Below, piece by piece: positions 54,031 to 61,801 of a stretch of DNA of 64,000 bases. The notes below the pieces were generated by a model. It made no database searches, was not told where the DNA came from, and saw only the letters and a list, made by a program, of their open reading frames with translations. Location: the IMG/VR virus record IMGVR_UViG_3300020186_000013, positions 124,001 to 188,000 of that record; one strand, given 5' to 3'. Made by a program: the position numbers and the translations under genes. Positions within the stretch are counted from its first letter, which is position 1. Every line of letters begins with the position of its first letter.

Positions 54031-54645
54031 TCAGTAATCCGCCGTCGGTCGAACGTACGACGGCGGCGGGTCGGCGGACTTTGGGTAGAACAGCTTATCC
54101 TGTTCGTGCATGACCCGGAAGACCGCTCGGATGGCGTCGACCGGGACGCCGTCGTACACCATCACGATCGCCACCCGTCGGGACACCCGGCGGTACTCGG
54201 CGTACGACCGCGTGTCGTTGTACAGCACGCACGTCAGCGGCACGTGCTTCCAGTACCGGGTCTGCTCCAGGTAAGGCTTGAACGTCGCCGAGGCCCACCG
54301 GAACACGAAGGTCGACTTCTCGTCGTAGCACTTCTTCTCGACGTTGTACCACAGGGCGTCGATGTAGGGGAAGTCCGCGAACTCCGCGTCGACCAGGGCC
54401 TCGGCCGTCAGCCACCGCCTCCCGTTGAGCCGGTTGATGACGCAGACCGCCCGCATCCGCACCTCGGCGTCCTCGCTAGTCGCCGCCGCGTGCTTGAGCT
54501 TGGCGACCACCGCCTCGCCCCGGTACATCAGGTCGGCCGTCGCCCGCTCGCGGACGCGGTACTCCTTGTCGCCCAGTTCGACAATCAGGCGGTCGACAGG
54601 GTCTACGTGGATGGCCAGCACTACGGCCAAGATGAAACCGATCAT
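54031..54645 (-). CDS. Secreted protein with a planctomycete-type HEAT-like hairpin
   Basis: Signal peptide; LIVELGDKEYRVRERATADL...DAEVRMRA. Confidence 0.7.
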   Translation of the reverse strand: MIGFILAVVLAIHVDPVDRLIVELGDKEYRVRERATADLMYRGEAVVAKLKHAAATSEDAEVRMRAVCVINRLNGRRWLTAEALVDAEFADFPYIDALWYNVEKKCYDEKSTFVFRWASATFKPYLEQTRYWKHVPLTCVLYNDTRSYAEYRRVSRRVAIVMVYDGVPVDAIRAVFRVMHEQDKLFYPKSADPPPSYVRPTADY

Positions 54646-54658
54646 TGGCGGTCCTCCG

Positions 54659-55126
54659 TTACACACCTTTCACTCCCCGAGGATGCAGTATGCGGTGCAC
54701 CCGCTTGAGCTGTTTAACCATCTTCGGGATCTCGTGTTGCTCTAGGGTGACCCGTCCTTGCGTCACACTACTGGTGTAAGTCACAGCCCAATCAGCCCGT
54801 GGCATACTCTTGTTCGGGACCGTACCGTCGTACAGCGTTGCCAGCAGCTTGTCGATGAACGCGGCGATGGCTTGACCACTACCGTCACCCACAGTGAAGC
54901 GGACCCACGCAGAATCGCGTTCTCGGTCCCAACCAGGAAACCTCTCGCCTTTCTTCGGTCTGAGCATTTCCGCCATGGTCGGTGTTCGCGTGCCCTGACA
55001 GGAGTAGAGAGTGGCGACCTCTGGGAACAACAACAGAGCTTTAACCAGAGGGGCAATCAACACGTCGACAGGGGATCGTACGGTGACCAGGATAGTCGGG
55101 TGTTCTTTCTTCACAACGACTCGCAT
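54659..55126 (-). CDS. Hypothetical protein, lower GC than neighbours
   Basis: VDVLIAPLVKAL...TLYSCQG. Confidence 0.6.
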   Translation of the reverse strand: MRVVVKKEHPTILVTVRSPVDVLIAPLVKALLLFPEVATLYSCQGTRTPTMAEMLRPKKGERFPGWDRERDSAWVRFTVGDGSGQAIAAFIDKLLATLYDGTVPNKSMPRADWAVTYTSSVTQGRVTLEQHEIPKMVKQLKRVHRILHPRGVKGV

Positions 55127-55135
55127 GGTGTGGTC

Positions 55136-55927
55136 TCAGGAGATTGGTCCGCCGTTGCGGACGATGATCTTCGGGTCTGCCTTCGTCTGCTCCAGGAGCT
55201 TCCTGTTCTGGGGGATGCGATTGATCTGCATCTGGCACTTCGGGTGGTCCATGTGGTAGACCGTCGGGTCGGTGAGCACCCGGTAGCGGACGCCCGCCCG
55301 GAAGCACCGCAGGCCGAACTCCTGGTCCTCGGCACCCGAGCCAAGCATCTCCTCCCACATGCCGCCGACGGACTTGGCGATTGCAGTGGGTAAACCCAGG
55401 TGGCACGTCCACAGGTAGCCCTGGATCTCCCACTTGTTATCCCGCACCAGCTCGGCCATCCGCCGCTGGTGCTTGGCCTCGTGCCGCTGCTCGGGCCGAG
55501 CCGGGACCAACCGCTTGATGTCGGCCAGGTGCCGGTCGGTGAGCTGCTTGACAACTTCGAGGGCCACGAACCGACGGAAGCCAATGACGCCACCGTTGCC
55601 CCCGACGGTCGCGTGGCGGGCCACCAGGTCAGCCGGGCACAGGCAATCGTCGTCGACGATAAGCAGGCGAGGTGCCTCGGAGTGCTTGATGCCGACATTG
55701 CGGGTCGCGGCGGCTCCGCACGGCTGGTGGCCGGGCTCGCGAGTCCAGTGGTGCTGGATGCGGAGCCGGTTCTTGAAGCGTTCGACGAGTTCAATCGTAC
55801 TTGTGTCGCCGCCGTCGTTTACCACATGAACCTGGAAGTCCTTCTCCGACTGGAGGGCTAGGCTCTTGAGAGTCTTCTCCAGATAGAAGTTCTTCTTGTG
55901 CGTCGCGATGACCACGGAGACCTTCAT
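55136..55927 (-). CDS. Glycosyltransferase family 2
   Basis: VSVVIATH, VVNDG, ATRNVG, IVDDD, GGMWE...GAEDQEF. Confidence 0.88.
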   Translation of the reverse strand: MKVSVVIATHKKNFYLEKTLKSLALQSEKDFQVHVVNDGGDTSTIELVERFKNRLRIQHHWTREPGHQPCGAAATRNVGIKHSEAPRLLIVDDDCLCPADLVARHATVGGNGGVIGFRRFVALEVVKQLTDRHLADIKRLVPARPEQRHEAKHQRRMAELVRDNKWEIQGYLWTCHLGLPTAIAKSVGGMWEEMLGSGAEDQEFGLRCFRAGVRYRVLTDPTVYHMDHPKCQMQINRIPQNRKLLEQTKADPKIIVRNGGPIS

Positions 55928-56102
55928 AGCCGACCTTCTTGTAGCCCAACGCCTTGGCGACGTTGAGGACGTCGATGAACGACGGGAACCGCACCTTCTT
56001 CTCGACCATGAAGCGTCGCACCGCCTGCATGAACTCGATCTCGTCGGGCGTGTACTCCGAGCCGACGGAGGTCTTGCTCAGCCCGTGGTTGGCGTCCGCC
56101 AT
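55791..56102 (-). CDS. Small planctomycete-type conserved protein
   Basis: YTPDEIEFMQAV..F......FPSFIDVLNVAKALGY; its tail overlaps the next gene. Confidence 0.55.
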   Translation of the reverse strand: MADANHGLSKTSVGSEYTPDEIEFMQAVRRFMVEKKVRFPSFIDVLNVAKALGYKKVGYEGLRGHRDAQEELLSGEDSQEPSPPVGEGLPGSCGKRRRRHKYD

Positions 56103-56674
56103 CACGCCCTCCAGCGAGTGACCCCGCCAGCCGTGTGCGTGAACGTCGAGGTGACCCCGCTGGCCAACTGCATCGACGACGGCGGCTGCCCAAAGACGAC
56201 GCACCAGTAGATCCACCCCTTGGCCGACACGGCAACCCCAAATCCAACATTCCAGTAGGCGGGGTTGAGAATGTTGTTGCGGTGCGGCGGTGAACCGATC
56301 CAGTCCCGGAACACGGACGCGGGCGTCGTCTGCCCGGCGGCGATGTTCTCGCCGCACGAGCGGTACAGGTAGCCCGCCGTTGCAATGCGGTCGCTGACCA
56401 CCGGCTCGCCCGGCAACTGGTGCGACATGCGGTCGGCCTTGGCCATCGCGTCAGCGTGGACCTGGGCTGCCGTGCACAGCTTGCCGTTGAGCAACAGGAT
56501 CGAGACGCGGCGTTCCGCCCGGTAGTCGTTGTGGAGAATGAGCAGCTTCGCCGCCGTCTCGTTGGCCGAGGGCGGTTGAGTCGGCCACGGGTTGGTGTTG
56601 GGAGGCAGTGGCTCGGGTCGCTTGCCGAAGAGAACCCAGGCAAACCACTCACGCCACGTCATGCTGTTGTCCAC
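56102..56674 (-). CDS. CAP/SCP domain protein
   Basis: HNDYR, AAQVHADAMA...SH, GENIAAG, WIGSPPHRNNIL, GFG. Confidence 0.9.
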   Translation of the reverse strand: MDNSMTWREWFAWVLFGKRPEPLPPNTNPWPTQPPSANETAAKLLILHNDYRAERRVSILLLNGKLCTAAQVHADAMAKADRMSHQLPGEPVVSDRIATAGYLYRSCGENIAAGQTTPASVFRDWIGSPPHRNNILNPAYWNVGFGVAVSAKGWIYWCVVFGQPPSSMQLASGVTSTFTHTAGGVTRWRA

Positions 56675-56696
56675 GTTCGCCTCCTTGCGAGTTAGA

Positions 56697-57047
56697 TCAG
56701 CAACTCTTGAACTCTCCGTCGACGAGGTGCCCGTGCCAGCCGCAGCAGCCTTTGCACAGGATCGACGGAGACAGCGTTAGCGTGGAAGGATCTTCCAGTG
56801 ACCCCTTCACGGCGTCCCAGCTCGGCGGGGGCTCGGGCTTGGGGTGCCCGACAATAATCCCGCCCACGTCGCCGCACCCAGGACAGGCGAAGGTGAGGAA
56901 GCCCCCACGACCCTGGTCGGGGTGACCCTCGCACGACCCCGGCTCGGCGTACCGCTGAGCCATCAGATCCTTCTCGGGATCGTCGTCGGGTGACTTGACG
57001 ACGATCGCCCTGACAGTTCGTTTCACGTCGACGAGCGGACGTTCCAT
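56697..57047 (-). CDS. Zn-binding DUF6527-like protein
   Basis: FACPGCG...TLSPSILC...CGWHGHL. Confidence 0.6.
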   Translation of the reverse strand: MERPLVDVKRTVRAIVVKSPDDDPEKDLMAQRYAEPGSCEGHPDQGRGGFLTFACPGCGDVGGIIVGHPKPEPPPSWDAVKGSLEDPSTLTLSPSILCKGCCGWHGHLVDGEFKSC

Positions 57048-57085
57048 GTCAACTCCTTATGGGAACCAGAGTCACGGCCAGCTCC

Positions 57086-57865
57086 TTATAGGCCGGTCAC
57101 CCACTTCAGCCAGAACTTGCACTGGCTAAAGTGTAGGACGATCGTCTCGGGCTCGCGGGCGTGCCACTTAGCCACCTCCGTGTCGAGCCAGGTGTGCATG
57201 TCGGTGGAGGCCGGGTCGTCCGTCCCGACGATCCGGTTCCACCCCGGACGGTCAAGGACGCGGTGGCCGTAGTCCCGCTTCCGCAGTGCCCAGATCAACG
57301 CCCCTTCGTCCTGCCACGTCACCAGCTGCCTCGCCCGGCCGACCGTGCCCTCGTGGCACATCCGCGTCCACTGCATGAGGAGGTCGGCGTCACGATCAGG
57401 GTCGAGACCAACCACGCCGTTGTTGGGCGGGTAGGGGATCTCGTGCAGGACGGGGAACAGCTCGTACAGTGAGGGGTCATTAGGTAGCGGGTAGGCCGTG
57501 TCGTACGTGTGACGCACCGCAAACGACCCGTTAGCCGCCAATTCATCCAGGATCGCGTCTAAGGGCCTCAAAATGACGCAATCGGCATCCAGCCACAAAC
57601 ACTGGTCGAGGCCGCTGTAGGCCATCCAGACGGGCTTGTTCCAGATCTGCCACAATTCATGCCCCACAGGAACCGCCAGGAGGCAGTCGTGGGGCTTGGG
57701 CTTCACGGTCACGCCACGGCGTCGCAGCCACTCTCCCTGGGTATCCGTCAGGCCGAGGTCGGTTACAACGACCGAGGTTGCAGGCGAGTTACCCGCAAGG
57801 GAGGTGACCAGGCACTGGAGCGGCCGGAAGTATTCCGAGTCGGCCGCTGTCACGACACCACGCAT
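57086..57865 (-). CDS. Glycosyltransferase (GT8-like, DxD)
   Basis: VTAADSEY, DLGL, WNKP, LWLDAD, NNGV, DEGAL, LHF. Confidence 0.7.
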   Translation of the reverse strand: MRGVVTAADSEYFRPLQCLVTSLAGNSPATSVVVTDLGLTDTQGEWLRRRGVTVKPKPHDCLLAVPVGHELWQIWNKPVWMAYSGLDQCLWLDADCVILRPLDAILDELAANGSFAVRHTYDTAYPLPNDPSLYELFPVLHEIPYPPNNGVVGLDPDRDADLLMQWTRMCHEGTVGRARQLVTWQDEGALIWALRKRDYGHRVLDRPGWNRIVGTDDPASTDMHTWLDTEVAKWHAREPETIVLHFSQCKFWLKWVTGL

Positions 57866-57876
57866 GGGTACTCACT

Positions 57877-57894
57877 CCTAAAACCGGAATCTAG
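57877..57894. promoter_or_regulatory. Pseudo-palindrome copy CCTAAAACCGGAATCTAG
   Basis: Spans the upstream stop codon and the RBS of the 57865 gene; 14-nt exact match AAACCGGAATCTAG to the 14438 copy. Confidence 0.5.
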
Positions 57895-58451
57895 ATGTCG
57901 ACGACCCAGCACGACCCCTTGACCGTCCGGTTGGGGAGCAGCTCGTCGACGGCCTTGATCACGCCGGGGTCCTCGGGCCGGTAGTCGTGGCCGCACAGCC
58001 AACCGCCGGACTTGACCTTGGGCATCCACGCCAGGATGTCGGCCTTGACGAAATCGTAGGTGTGGTCGCCGTCGATGAACACAACATCCTGGGAGCCGTC
58101 CGCGAATGTCGCTGCGGCTTGCACGCTAGAGAGCTGCATGGGGTGCACGTGCGAGCCGACGCCACCCTTAATCATGTTGTTGATAAACGCCGGGCACATG
58201 TCGCCGGGGATGTCGATCCCCCACGGGGCACTGTTGGTGGCCATGATCCCGGTCCACGTGTCCACAGCGTAGATGGTGGGCTGCTTGCCGAGGTTGATGA
58301 TCTCGACGGCCAAGAAGGCGGCACTGCGGCCGAGCCACGAGCCGACCTCGACGACGCTGCCGTTGGCGGGCACCCGCCGGGCGATCTCCCGGTAGAGGTC
58401 GAACAGCGGGCCGTCCGAGAAACCCGGAATGGTCTCGAAGAAATGGTTCAT
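57891..58451 (-). CDS. Class I SAM methyltransferase (Methyltransf_24-like)
   Basis: VEVGSWLGRS, AVDTW, FIDGDHTY, GGWLCGHDY. Confidence 0.85.
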   Translation of the reverse strand: MNHFFETIPGFSDGPLFDLYREIARRVPANGSVVEVGSWLGRSAAFLAVEIINLGKQPTIYAVDTWTGIMATNSAPWGIDIPGDMCPAFINNMIKGGVGSHVHPMQLSSVQAAATFADGSQDVVFIDGDHTYDFVKADILAWMPKVKSGGWLCGHDYRPEDPGVIKAVDELLPNRTVKGSCWVVDI

Positions 58452-59569
58452 TAGTTTGAGATCCCCTCGAAAGTAACACACGCCTTCTCGCCGCCCAGCG
58501 GGATGTGGTGCTTCAACCAAATGCGGAGTTCGAGACCGATCGCAGAGTCCAGTTCCATGACCGACGTCGTCTGCCCGTACGAGAACCGGAACTGCATGCG
58601 TTGCTGCGTGATCCCCCGGCCGTTCGCCCCGACGATCACCGGGCACAAGGGGAACGACCCCTGCGTGTAGTTGATCAGGTCGTCCGCATTCTTGAAATAC
58701 TGCCGCGTCCCCGGCACTTCGAGCTTCGGCCCGGCAGGCTGCCCCAGTGCCTGCGGGTAGATGAACGCGGCCGTGATGATCGAGTCGTCGAACGACAGGT
58801 CCACGGAGATGTTCATCTCGAACGCCGTCAGCGTGAGCACCTTACCGGCAGCCGGGGCGGCGATGAACGTGCTGCCGGAGTCCGCCGGGCTGTAGTGGTA
58901 GTCGCACGCGATCGCCAAGCCGTTCGCCGGGGCGGTGAAGAACGTGATGGTCCCGGCCGCGTAGTCGATCGTGTAGTCGCCGCCCGTGGCCATGCCGTAC
59001 TCGCGTTCCGTCTTGACCACGCCGTCGACTCGGACCACGGGGACGTACGAGCCGTCGTCCGGGGTGAAGATGTAGTCCTCGTCCGAGATCTTGCCATGGC
59101 TCAGGTCGATGACGAACGGGTGATCCAGGTTGAACGTGACCGTGGAACCGTCTCCGGTTCCAACGGCCTCACCGCTGACCTCGACAGACTCCGTGAACCA
59201 CGTCGTCTTGTCCGTGAAGTCCTGGGAGAAGACCATCGCCCGCGTGCCCACCGATACGGGCTTCTGCCAGACGAACTGCGGCGTCTCGAACGAGACCGAC
59301 TGGATGTCGCCGGGCGTGGGCGTGTTGTCGTGGGCCGCGATCAAGCCGCCCTTGGGGTGCCCGGCTACGTCGTTATCGAGGATCGTCTTGTCGCCAGACG
59401 GGAGGGCATCCCTGAACAGCACAAGTACGTCGTCGCCACTCGTCCCGACGCTGTCGAGGGCGATGGAGATGGCCGATGCCCGGATCTCGGCGTCGAACTT
59501 CGACGGGTTGATCGCCCCGTCGGGGAAGTCATCGGCGATCGAGTACGTGTACGTGGTTGGCGTGGGCAT
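58451..59569 (-). CDS. Virion structural protein (tail/baseplate-associated)
   Basis: AVGTGDGSTVTFNL and DYTIDYAAGTITF..APANG are typical phage structural beta-domain patterns. Confidence 0.6.
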   Translation of the reverse strand: MPTPTTYTYSIADDFPDGAINPSKFDAEIRASAISIALDSVGTSGDDVLVLFRDALPSGDKTILDNDVAGHPKGGLIAAHDNTPTPGDIQSVSFETPQFVWQKPVSVGTRAMVFSQDFTDKTTWFTESVEVSGEAVGTGDGSTVTFNLDHPFVIDLSHGKISDEDYIFTPDDGSYVPVVRVDGVVKTEREYGMATGGDYTIDYAAGTITFFTAPANGLAIACDYHYSPADSGSTFIAAPAAGKVLTLTAFEMNISVDLSFDDSIITAAFIYPQALGQPAGPKLEVPGTRQYFKNADDLINYTQGSFPLCPVIVGANGRGITQQRMQFRFSYGQTTSVMELDSAIGLELRIWLKHHIPLGGEKACVTFEGISN

Positions 59570-60123
59570 TAGTTAGTGACCTCCTGAACCAGCAAGGCTG
59601 CGTGCTCCTCAAGCGGTGCACCCGTGACCGGTCGAATCTGTCCGGTGTTCGCAGACACCTTCCACTGGATCTTGACGGTGTGACTACCGGCCGAGACGCT
59701 TGGGATGCGAAGCACCATGGCCCCGGAATCGGCGATGCTCGCCCCAGGCGGGCGGACCATGGCCCCCATGTACGACGTGCCGTCAAACAGGACACTGAAG
59801 CTGATCGCCCGGTTAGCACTTGAGTTGCTGGCACTGAACGTGAACCAGATCAACAGGTCGCAGGCACCTGTGGTGAGCGTAAGGGTCACGCCGGTCAGGT
59901 CCGTGAACGTCGTCGACGTCGTCGTGGTGTCTGACGTTATCCGAACGAACGCGGTCTGTATCGCGAGACTGAGGTTGCCGCCGTACTGCTGCCACTTGGA
60001 GTTGACGGCGTCGTAAACGTACGTCTTCCCGGTAGCCGAGTCGTGGTACGTCTGGCCCCCGACCGGTGAACCGGGGGCAGACGTACGCGACACCTCGTTG
60101 GTCGTACCGAGTTGCTTCGGCAT
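59569..60123 (-). CDS. Tail-fibre-like protein
   Basis: SAPGSPVGGQTYHDS repeat; Thr/Ser-rich C-terminal beta domain. Confidence 0.6.
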   Translation of the reverse strand: MPKQLGTTNEVSRTSAPGSPVGGQTYHDSATGKTYVYDAVNSKWQQYGGNLSLAIQTAFVRITSDTTTTSTTFTDLTGVTLTLTTGACDLLIWFTFSASNSSANRAISFSVLFDGTSYMGAMVRPPGASIADSGAMVLRIPSVSAGSHTVKIQWKVSANTGQIRPVTGAPLEEHAALLVQEVTN

Positions 60124-60136
60124 CTCTCACCCCCGG

Positions 60137-61414
60137 TTAGCCGATCACAACAACGCGGTACTGGTTGGTCGTCGGTGCCACGGCGAACGTGACGTCGACG
60201 TTGTTGGCGTCCGTCACGACCCAGTCGGTGATCACGCCCGCACCGCCCGACACCGTGAACACCTGCACGATCACGTCCGTGGTGCCCAGTGCGTGGTTGA
60301 CGGTGATCGTCGTGAGTGAGCCGTTGCCCACGCTGGCGGCGAACTTACCCGTGGCACCGAGGTTCGTGCGGGCACCGGCAGCCGTACCCGAGCCCGTGCC
60401 ACCCCGAGTAACAGCGAGGTTGGCCTCACTCGACAGCGTGCCCGAGCCGTTGTTGATGACGACGTGGTCGGCCGTACCGTTGGCGATCTTGGTCCGAGCG
60501 ATGGCTGCGGCCGTGGCGACCTCGGCGTTGGTCACGCCGAGGGCCTTGATGGAGAACGTGTTGCCCGTCAGCGTCAGCGAGACCTCGTCCGCGACGTAGG
60601 ACGTGCCGGACGAGAACGTGATGAAGGTCAGCCCGTCCGTGCCCACCACCGCCGAGCCGGTGTCGTTGGTGCAGACGAACGCCTTGTCGGCGTTGACCGT
60701 GCCCTTCTGGACCCAGAACGCGACCGACGCGGCGTCCGAGCCCGTGGGGAGGTCCGTCGCACGGGTCCAGGCACCCGCAGCGGCGACGTAGACGCCATCC
60801 TGCGACCCGGTCGACTGGCCGGTCGCCGCAACCCGCTCACCCGCCGAGACCGTGTAGCCGTCGATCGTGAGCAGGCCCGTGAGGGCGATGTTGGTCGTGG
60901 CGATGACGACGACGGGCTGGAGCCACTTGGTGCCGTTGATCAGGTTGTCGACATAGCTCTTGGTGACCGCGTCCGTGGCGTTGGTCACCGTGCCCGAGAG
61001 CGTCACACCCGACGAGCTGCCCGAGCCCGCGAAGGTGCCAATGCCCGCCGCGAAGTTGCCCGAACCGTCCCGGAGCACGATCGTCGAGGCCGTGTTCAAG
61101 GCGGTGGCGGCTGCGAGCTTGGTGAAGTCCGAGGACGACATGTAGCCGTTCTGGGAACCACTCGAAGCCTGCACCGTCAGGATCGGGGCGAGTGACGTGC
61201 CCGAGTTGGTGATCGGGGCCGTGACCGAGGTGCCCGTCGCCCAGATGTCGTCGAGGCGGACCCAGCGGGAGCTGTTCCACAGGCGGAAGTAGCCGAGCAC
61301 TGTGTCGTAGTAGATCTGGCCGACCACCGGCGAGCCGGGGGCCGAGGCCAGGTTCTGGACGCGAGCGTTTTGCAGCTCGTTCTGGTTCAGGTTGATGTTG
61401 TTGAGGAACAGCAT
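60137..61414 (-). CDS. Tail-fibre/collar-like structural protein
   Basis: APGSPVVGQIYYDT, DAVTKSYVD, GGTGSGTAAGARTNLG, VNHALGT. Confidence 0.75.
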   Translation of the reverse strand: MLFLNNINLNQNELQNARVQNLASAPGSPVVGQIYYDTVLGYFRLWNSSRWVRLDDIWATGTSVTAPITNSGTSLAPILTVQASSGSQNGYMSSSDFTKLAAATALNTASTIVLRDGSGNFAAGIGTFAGSGSSSGVTLSGTVTNATDAVTKSYVDNLINGTKWLQPVVVIATTNIALTGLLTIDGYTVSAGERVAATGQSTGSQDGVYVAAAGAWTRATDLPTGSDAASVAFWVQKGTVNADKAFVCTNDTGSAVVGTDGLTFITFSSGTSYVADEVSLTLTGNTFSIKALGVTNAEVATAAAIARTKIANGTADHVVINNGSGTLSSEANLAVTRGGTGSGTAAGARTNLGATGKFAASVGNGSLTTITVNHALGTTDVIVQVFTVSGGAGVITDWVVTDANNVDVTFAVAPTTNQYRVVVIG

Positions 61415-61441
61415 GCGAAAAGCCTCCGTGCTTTCGAGAAG

Positions 61442-61789
61442 TTAGTTGATGTAAGCCTTACCACCGAACGCCGCCGAGAACGTCACCGTGAGCTGGGCGT
61501 TGCTCACGTACCGCACCTCCCCGAAGACGAGCGTCCCGGCACTGTCGACGACGGAGACGGATGGGAATCTACCCAAATTGTGGTTCACGGTCCATACCGC
61601 CGCCGGGACGGCCTGCGTGTGGATGTACGAGACGTTGCCCCCGCCGCCACTCGCAACCAACGCGATCAGGTTGGCCAGGTTGAGCTGCGACGCATCGCCG
61701 TCGCCGGGCCTGTCCGTAGCGATGGAGACCTGCGTCGTATCGACGGTGTTGACATCGGGTAGGTCGCGGATTCGCGTCGCCTTGGCCAT
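61442..61789 (-). CDS. Small fibre-associated structural protein
   Basis: WTVNHNLGRFPSVSVVD..G; similar to the C-terminal domain of the adjacent gene. Confidence 0.65.
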   Translation of the reverse strand: MAKATRIRDLPDVNTVDTTQVSIATDRPGDGDASQLNLANLIALVASGGGGNVSYIHTQAVPAAVWTVNHNLGRFPSVSVVDSAGTLVFGEVRYVSNAQLTVTFSAAFGGKAYIN

Positions 61790-61801
61790 TTCGTCCCTCG
61801 G

